From an uncultured Clostridia bacterium (GTDB lineage: Bacteria; Bacillota; Clostridia; Christensenellales; CAG-314), in NCBI GenBank assembly GCA_947625725.1, contig CANQPI010000008.1:3159-67158 (forward strand): a stretch of 64,000 bases of DNA. Reading direction: 5' to 3'. The notes below the pieces were generated by a model that saw nothing but the letters and a program-made list of their open reading frames with translations, was not told the DNA's origin and did no database searches. The position numbers and the translations under genes are program-made. This document shows, piece after piece, positions 28,646 through 36,212 of this stretch. The stretch's first letter is position 1. Each line of letters starts with the position of its first letter.

Positions 28646-28858
28646 GTCGAAACTCATTCTACACCTAGCGGTGACACCTCCTCTTGCATCTTCAAGAGAA
28701 GGCTTAGTTGAGCCATTGTCGACTTGTTCCTCTCGGACAAACTTATCTCAAAATGTTGGTACGAACTCGCCTCGAGGAAACAAACAAATTGCGGCTTTTG
28801 AGGCCTTCCCTTGACGACGCAAGGGAAGGGGGACCGCCGAATGGCGGTGGATGAGTTT
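28646..28858 (-). promoter_or_regulatory. structured 5' leader of proS (copy A of a duplicated leader; class unknown)
   Basis: Lies downstream of the promoter at 28864-28891. Hairpins are CCUUCCCUUG-CGUCGU-CAAGGGAAGG, UUCCUC...GAGGAA, GGCU-CAACUA-AGCC and CUUCUCUUG-AAGAUG-CAAGAGGAG. It ends in an SD-like AGGUG plus AUG that opens a 7-codon uORF (MSFDYRK). AUGAGUUUCGAC (28657-28646) is complementary to 28862-28851. Confidence 0.5.
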
Positions 28859-28863
28859 CGACC

Positions 28864-28891
28864 ATTAAAGCCCATTAAATTCTGCTGTCAA
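28864..28891 (-). promoter_or_regulatory. sigma-A type promoter of the proS leader
   Basis: Minus strand TTGACA (28891-28886), 16-nt spacer, TTTAAT (28869-28864). Confidence 0.55.
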
Positions 28892-28911
28892 GTCGTACGA
28901 CTTACATTTTG

Positions 28912-29316
28912 TTACCGAGGTAATTCGTGTTTTGCTATCAATTCATTCAAATATTCGCATACTTCGCGAAATTTGTATTTGATCGCATTGTTTGGAAATC
29001 GCACGACCGACAATCCATACCGTTCCATACGTTCTGTACGAACGGCGTCTTTCAAAACCATACTCGGTTCGTAGTGTTGACTACCGTCCAATTCGACAAC
29101 AATATTCGCGCACGGAATGTAAAAATCCGCGACATAATCTTCTATCACATACTGTCTGTGTACTGTGATGTCCAACAATTTGAAGTAGTCATACCAAAGA
29201 TGTTTTTCTTCTTTGGTCATGTTCCTTCGCAATGTTTGAGAAATTCTTGTAAGTCGCTTGCTATGACGAACTATCATTGTTGTTGAATTTGTTTTGTTTC
29301 TATTGTCGAAACTCAT
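28912..29316 (-). CDS. DUF559 (Vsr-like/PD-(D/E)xK endonuclease-fold) domain protein
   Basis: 134 aa. RRNMTKEEKHLWYDYFKLL...HRQYVIEDYVADFYIPCANIVVELDGSQH...RTERMERYGLSVVRF is the typical DUF559 pattern. The first 13 codons come from the leader uORF AUG. An alternative start is the ATG at 29277 (MIVRH). Confidence 0.8.
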   Translation of the reverse strand: MSFDNRNKTNSTTMIVRHSKRLTRISQTLRRNMTKEEKHLWYDYFKLLDITVHRQYVIEDYVADFYIPCANIVVELDGSQHYEPSMVLKDAVRTERMERYGLSVVRFPNNAIKYKFREVCEYLNELIAKHELPR

Positions 29317-29495
29317 TCGTCACCTGGCGGTGACACCTTCTCTTGCGTCCTCAAGAGAAGGCTTAGTTTAGCCGTTGCCGACTTGTTCCTCACGGACAAA
29401 CTTATCACAAAATATTGGTACGAACTCGTCCCGTAGAAAACAGGTTGATAGTGGGTTTTGTTGTTTTCCCTTGACGACACAAGGGAAACTGTCGA
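29305..29495 (-). repeat. copy B of the proS-type leader, preceding the DUF559 gene
   Basis: By eye it aligns with 28646-28830 at roughly 85-90% identity over about 150 nt. Changes in the stems are compatible or compensatory: C-G to U-A in the CCCUUG hairpin and G.U to A-U in the CUUCUCUUG hairpin. Confidence 0.55.
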
Positions 29496-29500
29496 GTTTC

Positions 29501-29529
29501 AGTATAGTTTATTCATGGATTTTTGTCAA
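29501..29529 (-). promoter_or_regulatory. sigma-A type promoter of leader copy B (inside the 3' end of the upstream CDS)
   Basis: Minus strand TTGACA (29529-29524), 17-nt spacer, TATACT (29506-29501). It occupies the same position relative to GAAACUC as the copy A promoter. Confidence 0.6.
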
Positions 29530-30208
29530 TCTCTTTATCGTCGATCTTGTCGTCGGAGCAGGAGGCAACGTCGGCGAGCGACGCGTTTTTGTCGGCGGCT
29601 TCCCCGTCGGATTCGGGCGTTGCCGATTCTTCACCGAGCAAGCGTATTCGCGCGCGGACGTTAAGTTTGACAAGGGGCGCAAACGCCGTGGCAAACAGCA
29701 CCGCGTTGCACACTATCTGCGTGACGAAGAAAGATACGCCGTTTGCGTACATCACCGCAAAGCGGGCAAGCACATTGTCGAAATCGGCAAAAAACCCCTC
29801 GCCCGTGTAGCCTATCATAACGTCCACAAAGGATGTCAACACGCCGAAAAGCACTGTAAGCACTACTGCGGCGACGGTTGCGACGACTATTTCAACAGCC
29901 TTGCGCTTGTGGCGAATTTTGCTCAACAGCACAAACGTCAACGCGACGATATTCCAATGGATAAAGTAGGAAATTATCCAAGTATTTACACCCCATATCG
30001 CCATATCCACCGCTATGAACACGTTGACCGCGGGAAAAACCGCAACGGCTCCCCACACGTAGGCGCAGACGGCTACAAGCAGCGTTACCACCTCGATATT
30101 GGGCAACGCCGCAAGCGCCTCCTTGCCGCCGACAAGCAACGCGGCGTACATTGCGGATACAGCAATGAGTCCCGCACCGTATTTTGTTTTGGAACGGTCC
30201 CTTTTCAC
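29513..30208 (-). CDS. polytopic membrane protein, putative ECF-type S component (cobalamin-regulated)
   Basis: 231 aa with about 6 TM helices and an acidic C-tail. GTG start lies 1 nt after the DUF4430 stop. It is under the upstream B12 riboswitch. Confidence 0.55.
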   Translation of the reverse strand: MKRDRSKTKYGAGLIAVSAMYAALLVGGKEALAALPNIEVVTLLVAVCAYVWGAVAVFPAVNVFIAVDMAIWGVNTWIISYFIHWNIVALTFVLLSKIRHKRKAVEIVVATVAAVVLTVLFGVLTSFVDVMIGYTGEGFFADFDNVLARFAVMYANGVSFFVTQIVCNAVLFATAFAPLVKLNVRARIRLLGEESATPESDGEAADKNASLADVASCSDDKIDDKEIDKNP

Positions 30209-30209
30209 G

Positions 30210-30707
30210 TCAATAGGTATCTACCTCAAAGTAGATAACCGCGCCCGCTTCGACGGACATCTCCGACACGCCCACCGCCGATGCCGCCAATGTGACGTCC
30301 CCGACATTGTAGGTTTTTACGCCCGCCCAAGTTCCTTTGTCCTTTTGCACGCTCGTCATAACGTTGACGAACTCGCTTGTGCCTGCGCTCGGCTTTGCGC
30401 CGCCTATTCCGTTGATAAACTTGCCGTACTCGGAGTCCTGCCAATCGATTTGCAGATCGGCTTTGTCCGCCAAGTAATTCAGCACGTCCTCGCCCGTTTG
30501 CATGTCGTCTGTGAGCGTTACCGTGTAACTTGTGTAATCCTTGTCGCCGTTTTTGATAATGACAGCCATTTGATTGTCGCCGAGTTGAGGCAAAGCAAGT
30601 TCCGTCAATTGTTTGGCTTGCGGTTTGTCCACGCAGGCAACCAGCGCAAGGCTTGCAATCAACAGCACGACCGCCAAAATCCACGTCAGTAGTCTTTTTT
30701 GTTTCAT
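30210..30707 (-). CDS. DUF4430-like lipoprotein (transcobalamin-beta-domain-like)
   Basis: 165 aa. Lipobox SLALVAC. DVLNYL...IDWQDSEYGKFINGIGG...WAGVKTYNVGD resembles DUF4430. SD AAGGAG. Confidence 0.68.
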   Translation of the reverse strand: MKQKRLLTWILAVVLLIASLALVACVDKPQAKQLTELALPQLGDNQMAVIIKNGDKDYTSYTVTLTDDMQTGEDVLNYLADKADLQIDWQDSEYGKFINGIGGAKPSAGTSEFVNVMTSVQKDKGTWAGVKTYNVGDVTLAASAVGVSEMSVEAGAVIYFEVDTY

Positions 30708-30749
30708 GTCTTTTCTCCTTGTGTTTATTCAACCGCAAGCGTACCGCGA

Positions 30750-30966
30750 CAAAAAAAGACTGCCGATATTGCGACAGCACAAAAGACCGAGCGGTCCCTT
30801 TCCGTCGAAGAAATGCTCTTTGTATGCGCCGCGGTCGGGCGTTAGGACTTGTTTGCTGCCTTGGCAAAAAGCAACACTTTACCTCAGCGGGACTGTCAAC
30901 GATTTGCACGTTGTTTCCCCGCAAATGCGCTCGGATATGCGCAACCCGCAACGAATATTCGGTTGT
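30750..30966 (-). promoter_or_regulatory. cobalamin riboswitch with terminator expression platform
   Basis: The minus-strand core GGGGAAACAACGUGCAAAUCGUUGACAGUCCCGCUGAGGUAAAG aligns with the E. coli btuB core AGGGAAUCCAGUGCGAAUCUGGAGCUGACGCGCAGCGGUAAGG. AAGUCCUAACGCCCGACC is B12-box-like. The terminator is GCUGUCG-CAAUAU-CGGCAGU plus U7. Confidence 0.8.
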
Positions 30967-30972
30967 GAATGT

Positions 30973-31001
30973 ATTGTAGCGCAAAAAACGAATTTTGGCA
31001 A
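30973..31001 (-). promoter_or_regulatory. sigma-A type promoter upstream of the cobalamin riboswitch
   Basis: Minus strand TTGCCA, 17-nt spacer, TACAAT. Confidence 0.55.
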
Positions 31002-31002
31002 C

Positions 31003-31037
31003 AAAAAACCGTTGCAAGCGCGTGCTTGCAACGGTTT
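31003..31037 (-). terminator. Rho-independent terminator after the DUF5050 lipoprotein gene
   Basis: Minus strand AACCGUUGCAAGC-ACG-GCUUGCAACGGUU followed by UUUUGUU. Confidence 0.65.
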
Positions 31038-31059
31038 GAAAAGCGAATTTAATATTATT

Positions 31060-32598
31060 TTATTCCTCGACGGCTTTTGCTCGGAGCAGAAGCGATATGG
31101 ACGTTTGCGCCTTGTCGCGATTGGACGGGTCAAACCGAACGATACTCAACGAACCGGTTGTACTCGTGGAAATGATGTAGTGAGTTTCGCCGTAGTCCAC
31201 AAAGTCGGGAGCGGCCCAACCTGCAACGCTTGCAAGGCTCTTGGCATAGGGAGTGCCTTCCTTGACGGAAACTTCGTCGATCGCTTGGCTCAGATCCAAC
31301 GTAAACTTGACGCTGCTTGCCGTGTAGTACAGAATGTCGCCCTCTATGCGGTCGATCGTTACCGATTGATCGTTGAACTCGGGAGATAACACGTAATGCT
31401 TGTCCGTCCCGTCGATAACCGCAATGCCGTAGAGCGTTGTGCCGTCCTTTTGTTTGTCCGTGGTGGTTACGACGACTTTGCCGTCCTTCCAGCCGCGCGC
31501 GCCGCTGAGGCTATCCGTGTAACCTGCAACGTGGTCGTCGTCGGGAGAGGAAGTTTCCTGTGCCCAATACAGCACCGCGCCGCTGACGTCGCTATTCTTT
31601 GCGTTCGACATGGTGTAGTAGACTTGTCCGTTGTTGACGGAGTTGATCGTGTACGATATGTCGCCCGCTTCTACGTGAGTACTGTCCTCCTCGCTGTGTA
31701 CGTGGATACTGTCGGGATCGGTGTTTTCCACTATCACGTCGTACTGTTGCGCGCCCCAATTGAGTTTGCAGATGTTGAACAGTTTGTCCACAAAGAACAC
31801 GCATTTGCCCGCAACGTCCCAATTTGTTGCGCTCAACGTGATAGAGTTCTCCGCTTTCGCGCTGTCGGTATAAAGTTGTTTCATTGAGTCGGACAAAGTT
31901 TGTTCGTTGACGGTAACTTCCTTGCTTTCGCCTTGGTCAACGTCCAGATAGTACAACTTGCTTCCTACAAAGTAGGTAGCGACAACCTTGTCGCCGTTTT
32001 GCACAAGGCAGATCTGCGCCGTGTTGTCGGTAAACTTGAAGTGTTGTTTTTCGTCGCTGCCGTCAAGTTTGTAACTGGTGAGCCACAATTGACTTGTAAG
32101 CGGATCGCCGTTGGACGTGAGGTCGGTGTTGGGAGTTGTGATGTACAGTCTGTTGCCGAAAATGTACAACCCCGTAAATTGAGTCGTTGTGGTGTTGCCG
32201 CTGTAATAGAACTTGGGAACGACCGTTTCGGCATGATCGCGCACATACTGTTCGATCTCGTCGGATTTTTCCGTAGACGTTTTGTTGGTGCTGTCCTGAA
32301 TTTCGAAAAGTTGTTCGATATCCGACAGTTTGATACGAACGACGCTTCCCACGCGCGGAGCGTCCGTTACGTCCGTATAGGTGTTTTCTGCGTTGACGTC
32401 GCTTTGATAGCCGTTGACGTAGTACAACCAATCGCCGTATTTGACGGCAAGTCCGCCGTTACCCTCCGCAGTTGCGGTCGCAGGCATCTCGACGGGTTTG
32501 AAATCGTTTTTTGAACAAGCCGCAAAAACCAACGTTGCAAACAGCAAAATCGCCGCGAGCAATATCAATGATTTTTTCACTAATGTGTTTCTAGACAT
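31060..32598 (-). CDS. lipoprotein with DUF5050-like beta-propeller repeats
   Basis: Start at the internal ATG at 32598, preceded by AAGGAG. Lipobox LVFAAC. Recurrent (L/V)YY(V/T/L) blades: DWLYYVNG, NRLYITT, SKLYYLDV, GQVYYTMS, DILYYTAS. Confidence 0.68.
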   Translation of the reverse strand: MSRNTLVKKSLILLAAILLFATLVFAACSKNDFKPVEMPATATAEGNGGLAVKYGDWLYYVNGYQSDVNAENTYTDVTDAPRVGSVVRIKLSDIEQLFEIQDSTNKTSTEKSDEIEQYVRDHAETVVPKFYYSGNTTTTQFTGLYIFGNRLYITTPNTDLTSNGDPLTSQLWLTSYKLDGSDEKQHFKFTDNTAQICLVQNGDKVVATYFVGSKLYYLDVDQGESKEVTVNEQTLSDSMKQLYTDSAKAENSITLSATNWDVAGKCVFFVDKLFNICKLNWGAQQYDVIVENTDPDSIHVHSEEDSTHVEAGDISYTINSVNNGQVYYTMSNAKNSDVSGAVLYWAQETSSPDDDHVAGYTDSLSGARGWKDGKVVVTTTDKQKDGTTLYGIAVIDGTDKHYVLSPEFNDQSVTIDRIEGDILYYTASSVKFTLDLSQAIDEVSVKEGTPYAKSLASVAGWAAPDFVDYGETHYIISTSTTGSLSIVRFDPSNRDKAQTSISLLLRAKAVEE

Positions 32599-32682
32599 TA
32601 CACTACTCCTTATGTAGATACAACATACGGATTTCATTATAAAACATAATTACAAAAAAAGCAACAATTTTGCGCGAAGAAA

Positions 32683-33537
32683 CTACACCAATCCGTTGAT
32701 TGCGGATATTTGTCCGCTGTCCGCGTCCTGAAACAACATCCAAAACGCCGTCGGAGAGTTGTCTACGTACACAAAGTCCTTGTCGGTAATGCCGTCACGC
32801 TCGGCGGGCAGTCCGTAACAGATGTATCTGATAACGCCATCCTTTTGCAATACTCCGAGAACAAAATACTCGTCCGATTTGGGAAAATCTATCCTTACGA
32901 AAAACGAATCGCGGTATTTGCGGATCAACGGATAGTAGGGAGGAAACTGCACAAACACTTTGCCGATCTCGCGCTTGACGCTGTCGTAGTAATCGGAGTG
33001 TCCGCCCGAAGCGTAAAATCTTTCAAAGGCGTCGCTGTACTCCGAAACGCTGCGATAGCGATTGTTCGCCTGCAATTTGAGTTCGCGAACATCCGACTGC
33101 GGATAAAAATTTTGCGTGGAAGCCACAAATTGTTCGTAGGCGGTAGGGTCTTGCTCGTCGGCGCGAGGTTTTGTCAAGTCGTCCATCTGACGGTAAAGCG
33201 CGTCGCAGGCGTTTACTTCGAGATACGCGCGCGCCGCCTCGAAACAACGATCTTCCTTTTTGACCAAAAGACAACTGATTTTGTCCAGATTGCGTTGCGG
33301 AATGGAGAAAACGCAATTGTTGAGCGTTGTGAGTTGAACGGCAAAGGGTTCGCGATTGAAAGCGCAGAGCAACCACCACTCTCCCAACATCGCGACGTCG
33401 GCGTTTGTGACGAATACCGTAACGTCCGTCACGTCCCGACCGTTGTTGACAAATTTTACCAAGCCGCAAAGTTCCTTGCCGCGTTCGGCAAAACGCGTGT
33501 TTGTTTGCTGTAAGATGAGAATTCGCTTGCAGTACAT
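32683..33537 (-). CDS. hypothetical protein
   Basis: 284 aa from the internal ATG at 33537, preceded by AAGGAGGG. No motif I recognise and no TM helices. Confidence 0.55.
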   Translation of the reverse strand: MYCKRILILQQTNTRFAERGKELCGLVKFVNNGRDVTDVTVFVTNADVAMLGEWWLLCAFNREPFAVQLTTLNNCVFSIPQRNLDKISCLLVKKEDRCFEAARAYLEVNACDALYRQMDDLTKPRADEQDPTAYEQFVASTQNFYPQSDVRELKLQANNRYRSVSEYSDAFERFYASGGHSDYYDSVKREIGKVFVQFPPYYPLIRKYRDSFFVRIDFPKSDEYFVLGVLQKDGVIRYICYGLPAERDGITDKDFVYVDNSPTAFWMLFQDADSGQISAINGLV

Positions 33538-33663
33538 AGATACCCTCCTTGCGGTACGACACAATTGTACCGCACGACGCGCACAAAAAAGGCGCAAATC
33601 CTGTCGAATTTGCACCGATATTGGATAGTATGGTTTGGCGTGTTTGCCCTGCGGCAAAGCGAG

Positions 33664-34503
33664 TCACTTTTTCATTGCCGATTTGTAACTGTTTTCCGAC
33701 AACTCTTTGAAAAGGATCTTTGCGCTGATACGGTTCAAAATCGCCTTCATAGCCAGATCCATTGCGCCGCCCTCACGATAGTTGCTCTCGACATAAAAGT
33801 CCACGCGGTCCTCCTTGACAAGATAACTTGCGTCCTGCGGATTGCGATAAACGCCTATCGCGTAGCCTCCGCGAGTGCGAGTCAACTTCATGCTGGGCAC
33901 GTCGGTCAACCCGTCGCCGATGTAGATCATGTTTTCAAAGGGCACCACCCGCTCGCTTTGGGGCATGTACATGTTGAGTTTTTTGTGTTCGCCGACGTCC
34001 TCCACGCCCTTGTTGATGCGATACAAAAATTGGGTCTTGCTTGTGTAATTGATGGCTACGCTGGGCCAAATGACCTCGCCGTTGTCGTCGTAGAGATAGT
34101 CGCAAGCAAAAATGTTGTAGAACTCGTTCCCTATCGGACAGCCCTCTATCATTGCTTTGAGTCCGCAGGATATGATGTAGTGTCGGATCTCCAAACCCAA
34201 ACTTGCGCCGAAGTCGTTGATACGCTTGAACCAAGTTTCCACTCCCTCGAAAAATTCCACTTCGCTACCCATCTTTCGCAATGATTCGCGAGAGAGGTCG
34301 ATACCCTTTTCGCGCGCCTTTTGCGCCATCAAATACATATAAGCGAGAATGTGATCCATGTTGCGTTCGTGAGATATTTTGTCGCAACTTGACCAAAACT
34401 CGCTCGGGGACATGCCCAACGCGGGAATAAACGTAAACTCCTGCATATCGCGCGTGGAAAGAGTGTTGTCGAAGTCGTAAATAAGCGCTACTATATTACT
34501 CAT
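33664..34503 (-). CDS. HAD-superfamily hydrolase
   Basis: N-terminal DxDxT motif (IYDFDNTL) and C-terminal GDGLTDVPSM (motif IV). SD AAGGAGG. Confidence 0.8.
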   Translation of the reverse strand: MSNIVALIYDFDNTLSTRDMQEFTFIPALGMSPSEFWSSCDKISHERNMDHILAYMYLMAQKAREKGIDLSRESLRKMGSEVEFFEGVETWFKRINDFGASLGLEIRHYIISCGLKAMIEGCPIGNEFYNIFACDYLYDDNGEVIWPSVAINYTSKTQFLYRINKGVEDVGEHKKLNMYMPQSERVVPFENMIYIGDGLTDVPSMKLTRTRGGYAIGVYRNPQDASYLVKEDRVDFYVESNYREGGAMDLAMKAILNRISAKILFKELSENSYKSAMKK

Positions 34504-34512
34504 GTTGCCTCC

Positions 34513-36063
34513 TTAATTTTGAAAAATAACTGCCGTTTGCGGCGCAAGTTCGGTGACGTTGCCGCGCGCCGTCGCTTTGCCCGAGATGTAAAGAACGTTT
34601 GTTACCGCTCTGTTGAGCGTTTGCGCTTTATCGGCGGGGTTGATCGCCACATAGGTATGCTCTCCGCGACGGTAACACAACACGCCGCCGTCGTCGCACT
34701 CCTCTATCCGCAACGGACTGCCCGCTTGCAAATCGGGGCAGGAATGTCGCAGTTGATTGAGCGCGCGAATGTGACTCCAAAGCGTATCCTCCGACGCAGT
34801 TTGTTGCGCAACGCAAGGCGCGTCCTGCCGACGGTCCACATCCAGATACAGTTTGTCGGCGGGCGCGGTAGAAAACCCGAGATTGACCCGATCGGCGTCC
34901 CACTGCATGGGCGTTCTGCTACCCGTGCGATGAAAACCGCCCTCCTTGGACTGTTGTGGAATGTAGCGCATGCCTATTTCGTCGCCGTAGTACACAAACG
35001 GCACGCCCGGCAACGTCAACAAGAACACAAACGCCAAACGCCGCTCGCTTTCGTCCAAAAAGTAACTCAAACGCTCCACGTCGTGATTGCCGCTGACGAC
35101 GGAGATGTAGCCGTTGTCGCGAGTTTGTTCGAGTTCCCTCAAATAGGTGGACAGCATTGCGGTCGCGGATATATGCGCCGTTTTGCAGAAATACGCCGCG
35201 CTTGCGCCCTCTTGATTGCGACGGTAAAAGGCGTGATCCGTGAGTTTGTTGCCGTGATTGAGCAAAAAGTCGCAATGAAAACCCGCCTTGTTGATGGCGA
35301 CGGGAGCGTTGCACCACTCGGATACCAACACCGCCTCGGGATAGTGTTCGTTCAACATTTTGCGCGCTTTGCGCCACAAATAGGACGTGCCCGTCTTGTC
35401 GGGGTCGTTTTTTACCAAACTGTCCGCCATATCCACGCGAAAACCGTCCGCGCCCTTATCCAGCCAAAAGCGCATAACTTTGAGCATGGCGTCGAATGTG
35501 GGCTTGACTCGCTTGTCCCTGTAAGAAATTTGCCAATCGGGTTGCGTTACGTTGTAGAACCCATAGTTGAGCGCAGGTTGACCGAGGAAAAAATTGAGCA
35601 TGTACGCGCCGTTGCGATCGGCATTGCCCGTCACCCAATTGTATCCGTCGGGGCGCGACCAACCGTTGTCGCTCCAAATGTAGCGATCGCTGTAACGGTT
35701 GCGAACAGGCAACGCGCTTTTTTTGAACCAACGGCATTTGTCCGACGTGTGTCCGGGGACAAGATCCAACAAAACGCGTATGCCGCGCTTGTGCGCTTCT
35801 CGGAACAGTCGCGCAAGATCGTCGTTTGTGCCGTAGCGCGGCGCAACCTTGAAGTAATCGCGAACGTCGTAGCCCGCATCCTTGAACGGCGAATCGAAAC
35901 AAGGGTTTATCCACAGAGCGTTGAAACCCGTTTGACGTATGTAATCCAATTTGGAAATTATGCCGTTAAGGTCGCCGATACCGTCGCCGTTGCCGTCGTA
36001 AAAAGATTGCGGATAAATTTGATAAAAAATCGCGTCGTTAAGCCACTCGGGCATGTTGTGCAT
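34513..36063 (-). CDS. GH13 alpha-amylase-family glycosidase (alpha-glucosidase/oligo-1,6-glucosidase-like)
   Basis: IFYQIYPQSFYDGNGDGIGDLNGI, RVLLDLVPGHTS, GADGFRVDMA, VSEW and SGNHD are GH13 conserved regions I-IV. Start taken at the ATG at 36063 after GAAGGAA. Confidence 0.9.
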   Translation of the reverse strand: MHNMPEWLNDAIFYQIYPQSFYDGNGDGIGDLNGIISKLDYIRQTGFNALWINPCFDSPFKDAGYDVRDYFKVAPRYGTNDDLARLFREAHKRGIRVLLDLVPGHTSDKCRWFKKSALPVRNRYSDRYIWSDNGWSRPDGYNWVTGNADRNGAYMLNFFLGQPALNYGFYNVTQPDWQISYRDKRVKPTFDAMLKVMRFWLDKGADGFRVDMADSLVKNDPDKTGTSYLWRKARKMLNEHYPEAVLVSEWCNAPVAINKAGFHCDFLLNHGNKLTDHAFYRRNQEGASAAYFCKTAHISATAMLSTYLRELEQTRDNGYISVVSGNHDVERLSYFLDESERRLAFVFLLTLPGVPFVYYGDEIGMRYIPQQSKEGGFHRTGSRTPMQWDADRVNLGFSTAPADKLYLDVDRRQDAPCVAQQTASEDTLWSHIRALNQLRHSCPDLQAGSPLRIEECDDGGVLCYRRGEHTYVAINPADKAQTLNRAVTNVLYISGKATARGNVTELAPQTAVIFQN

Positions 36064-36212
36064 AAGACTGTTCCTTCGGGAAGGTTTGCAGGGCAAACTC
36101 CCCTTATATATTATGTCAGTAATATACTACTACAAATTGCGCCCCTTTTCAATACTTTTTTACATATTTGCAAAAAAAAATACCGACCGAATCGGTCGGT
36201 AAATGAATTTTG

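Noticed and set aside
28646-28862. Calling the proS leader (and its copy at 29305-29495) a T-box riboswitch.
   Set aside because: The context (aaRS gene, Firmicute-like genome) fits. However, the T-box-like stretch is GGUGUCACCGC and has no UGG to pair with the tRNA NCCA end. I found no stem I K-turn, AG-bay or distal-loop platform and no U-tract terminator. I left it as unassigned rather than making an unsupported call, and Rfam should decide.
28912-29316. Treating the DUF559 gene with its flanking direct repeats as a defined mobile element or homing endonuclease.
   Set aside because: No transposase, intron or intein context, or terminal inverted repeats are visible. The flanks are a duplicated promoter and leader, not element ends. 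I report the duplication as a finding, but a mobile_element call is not supported.
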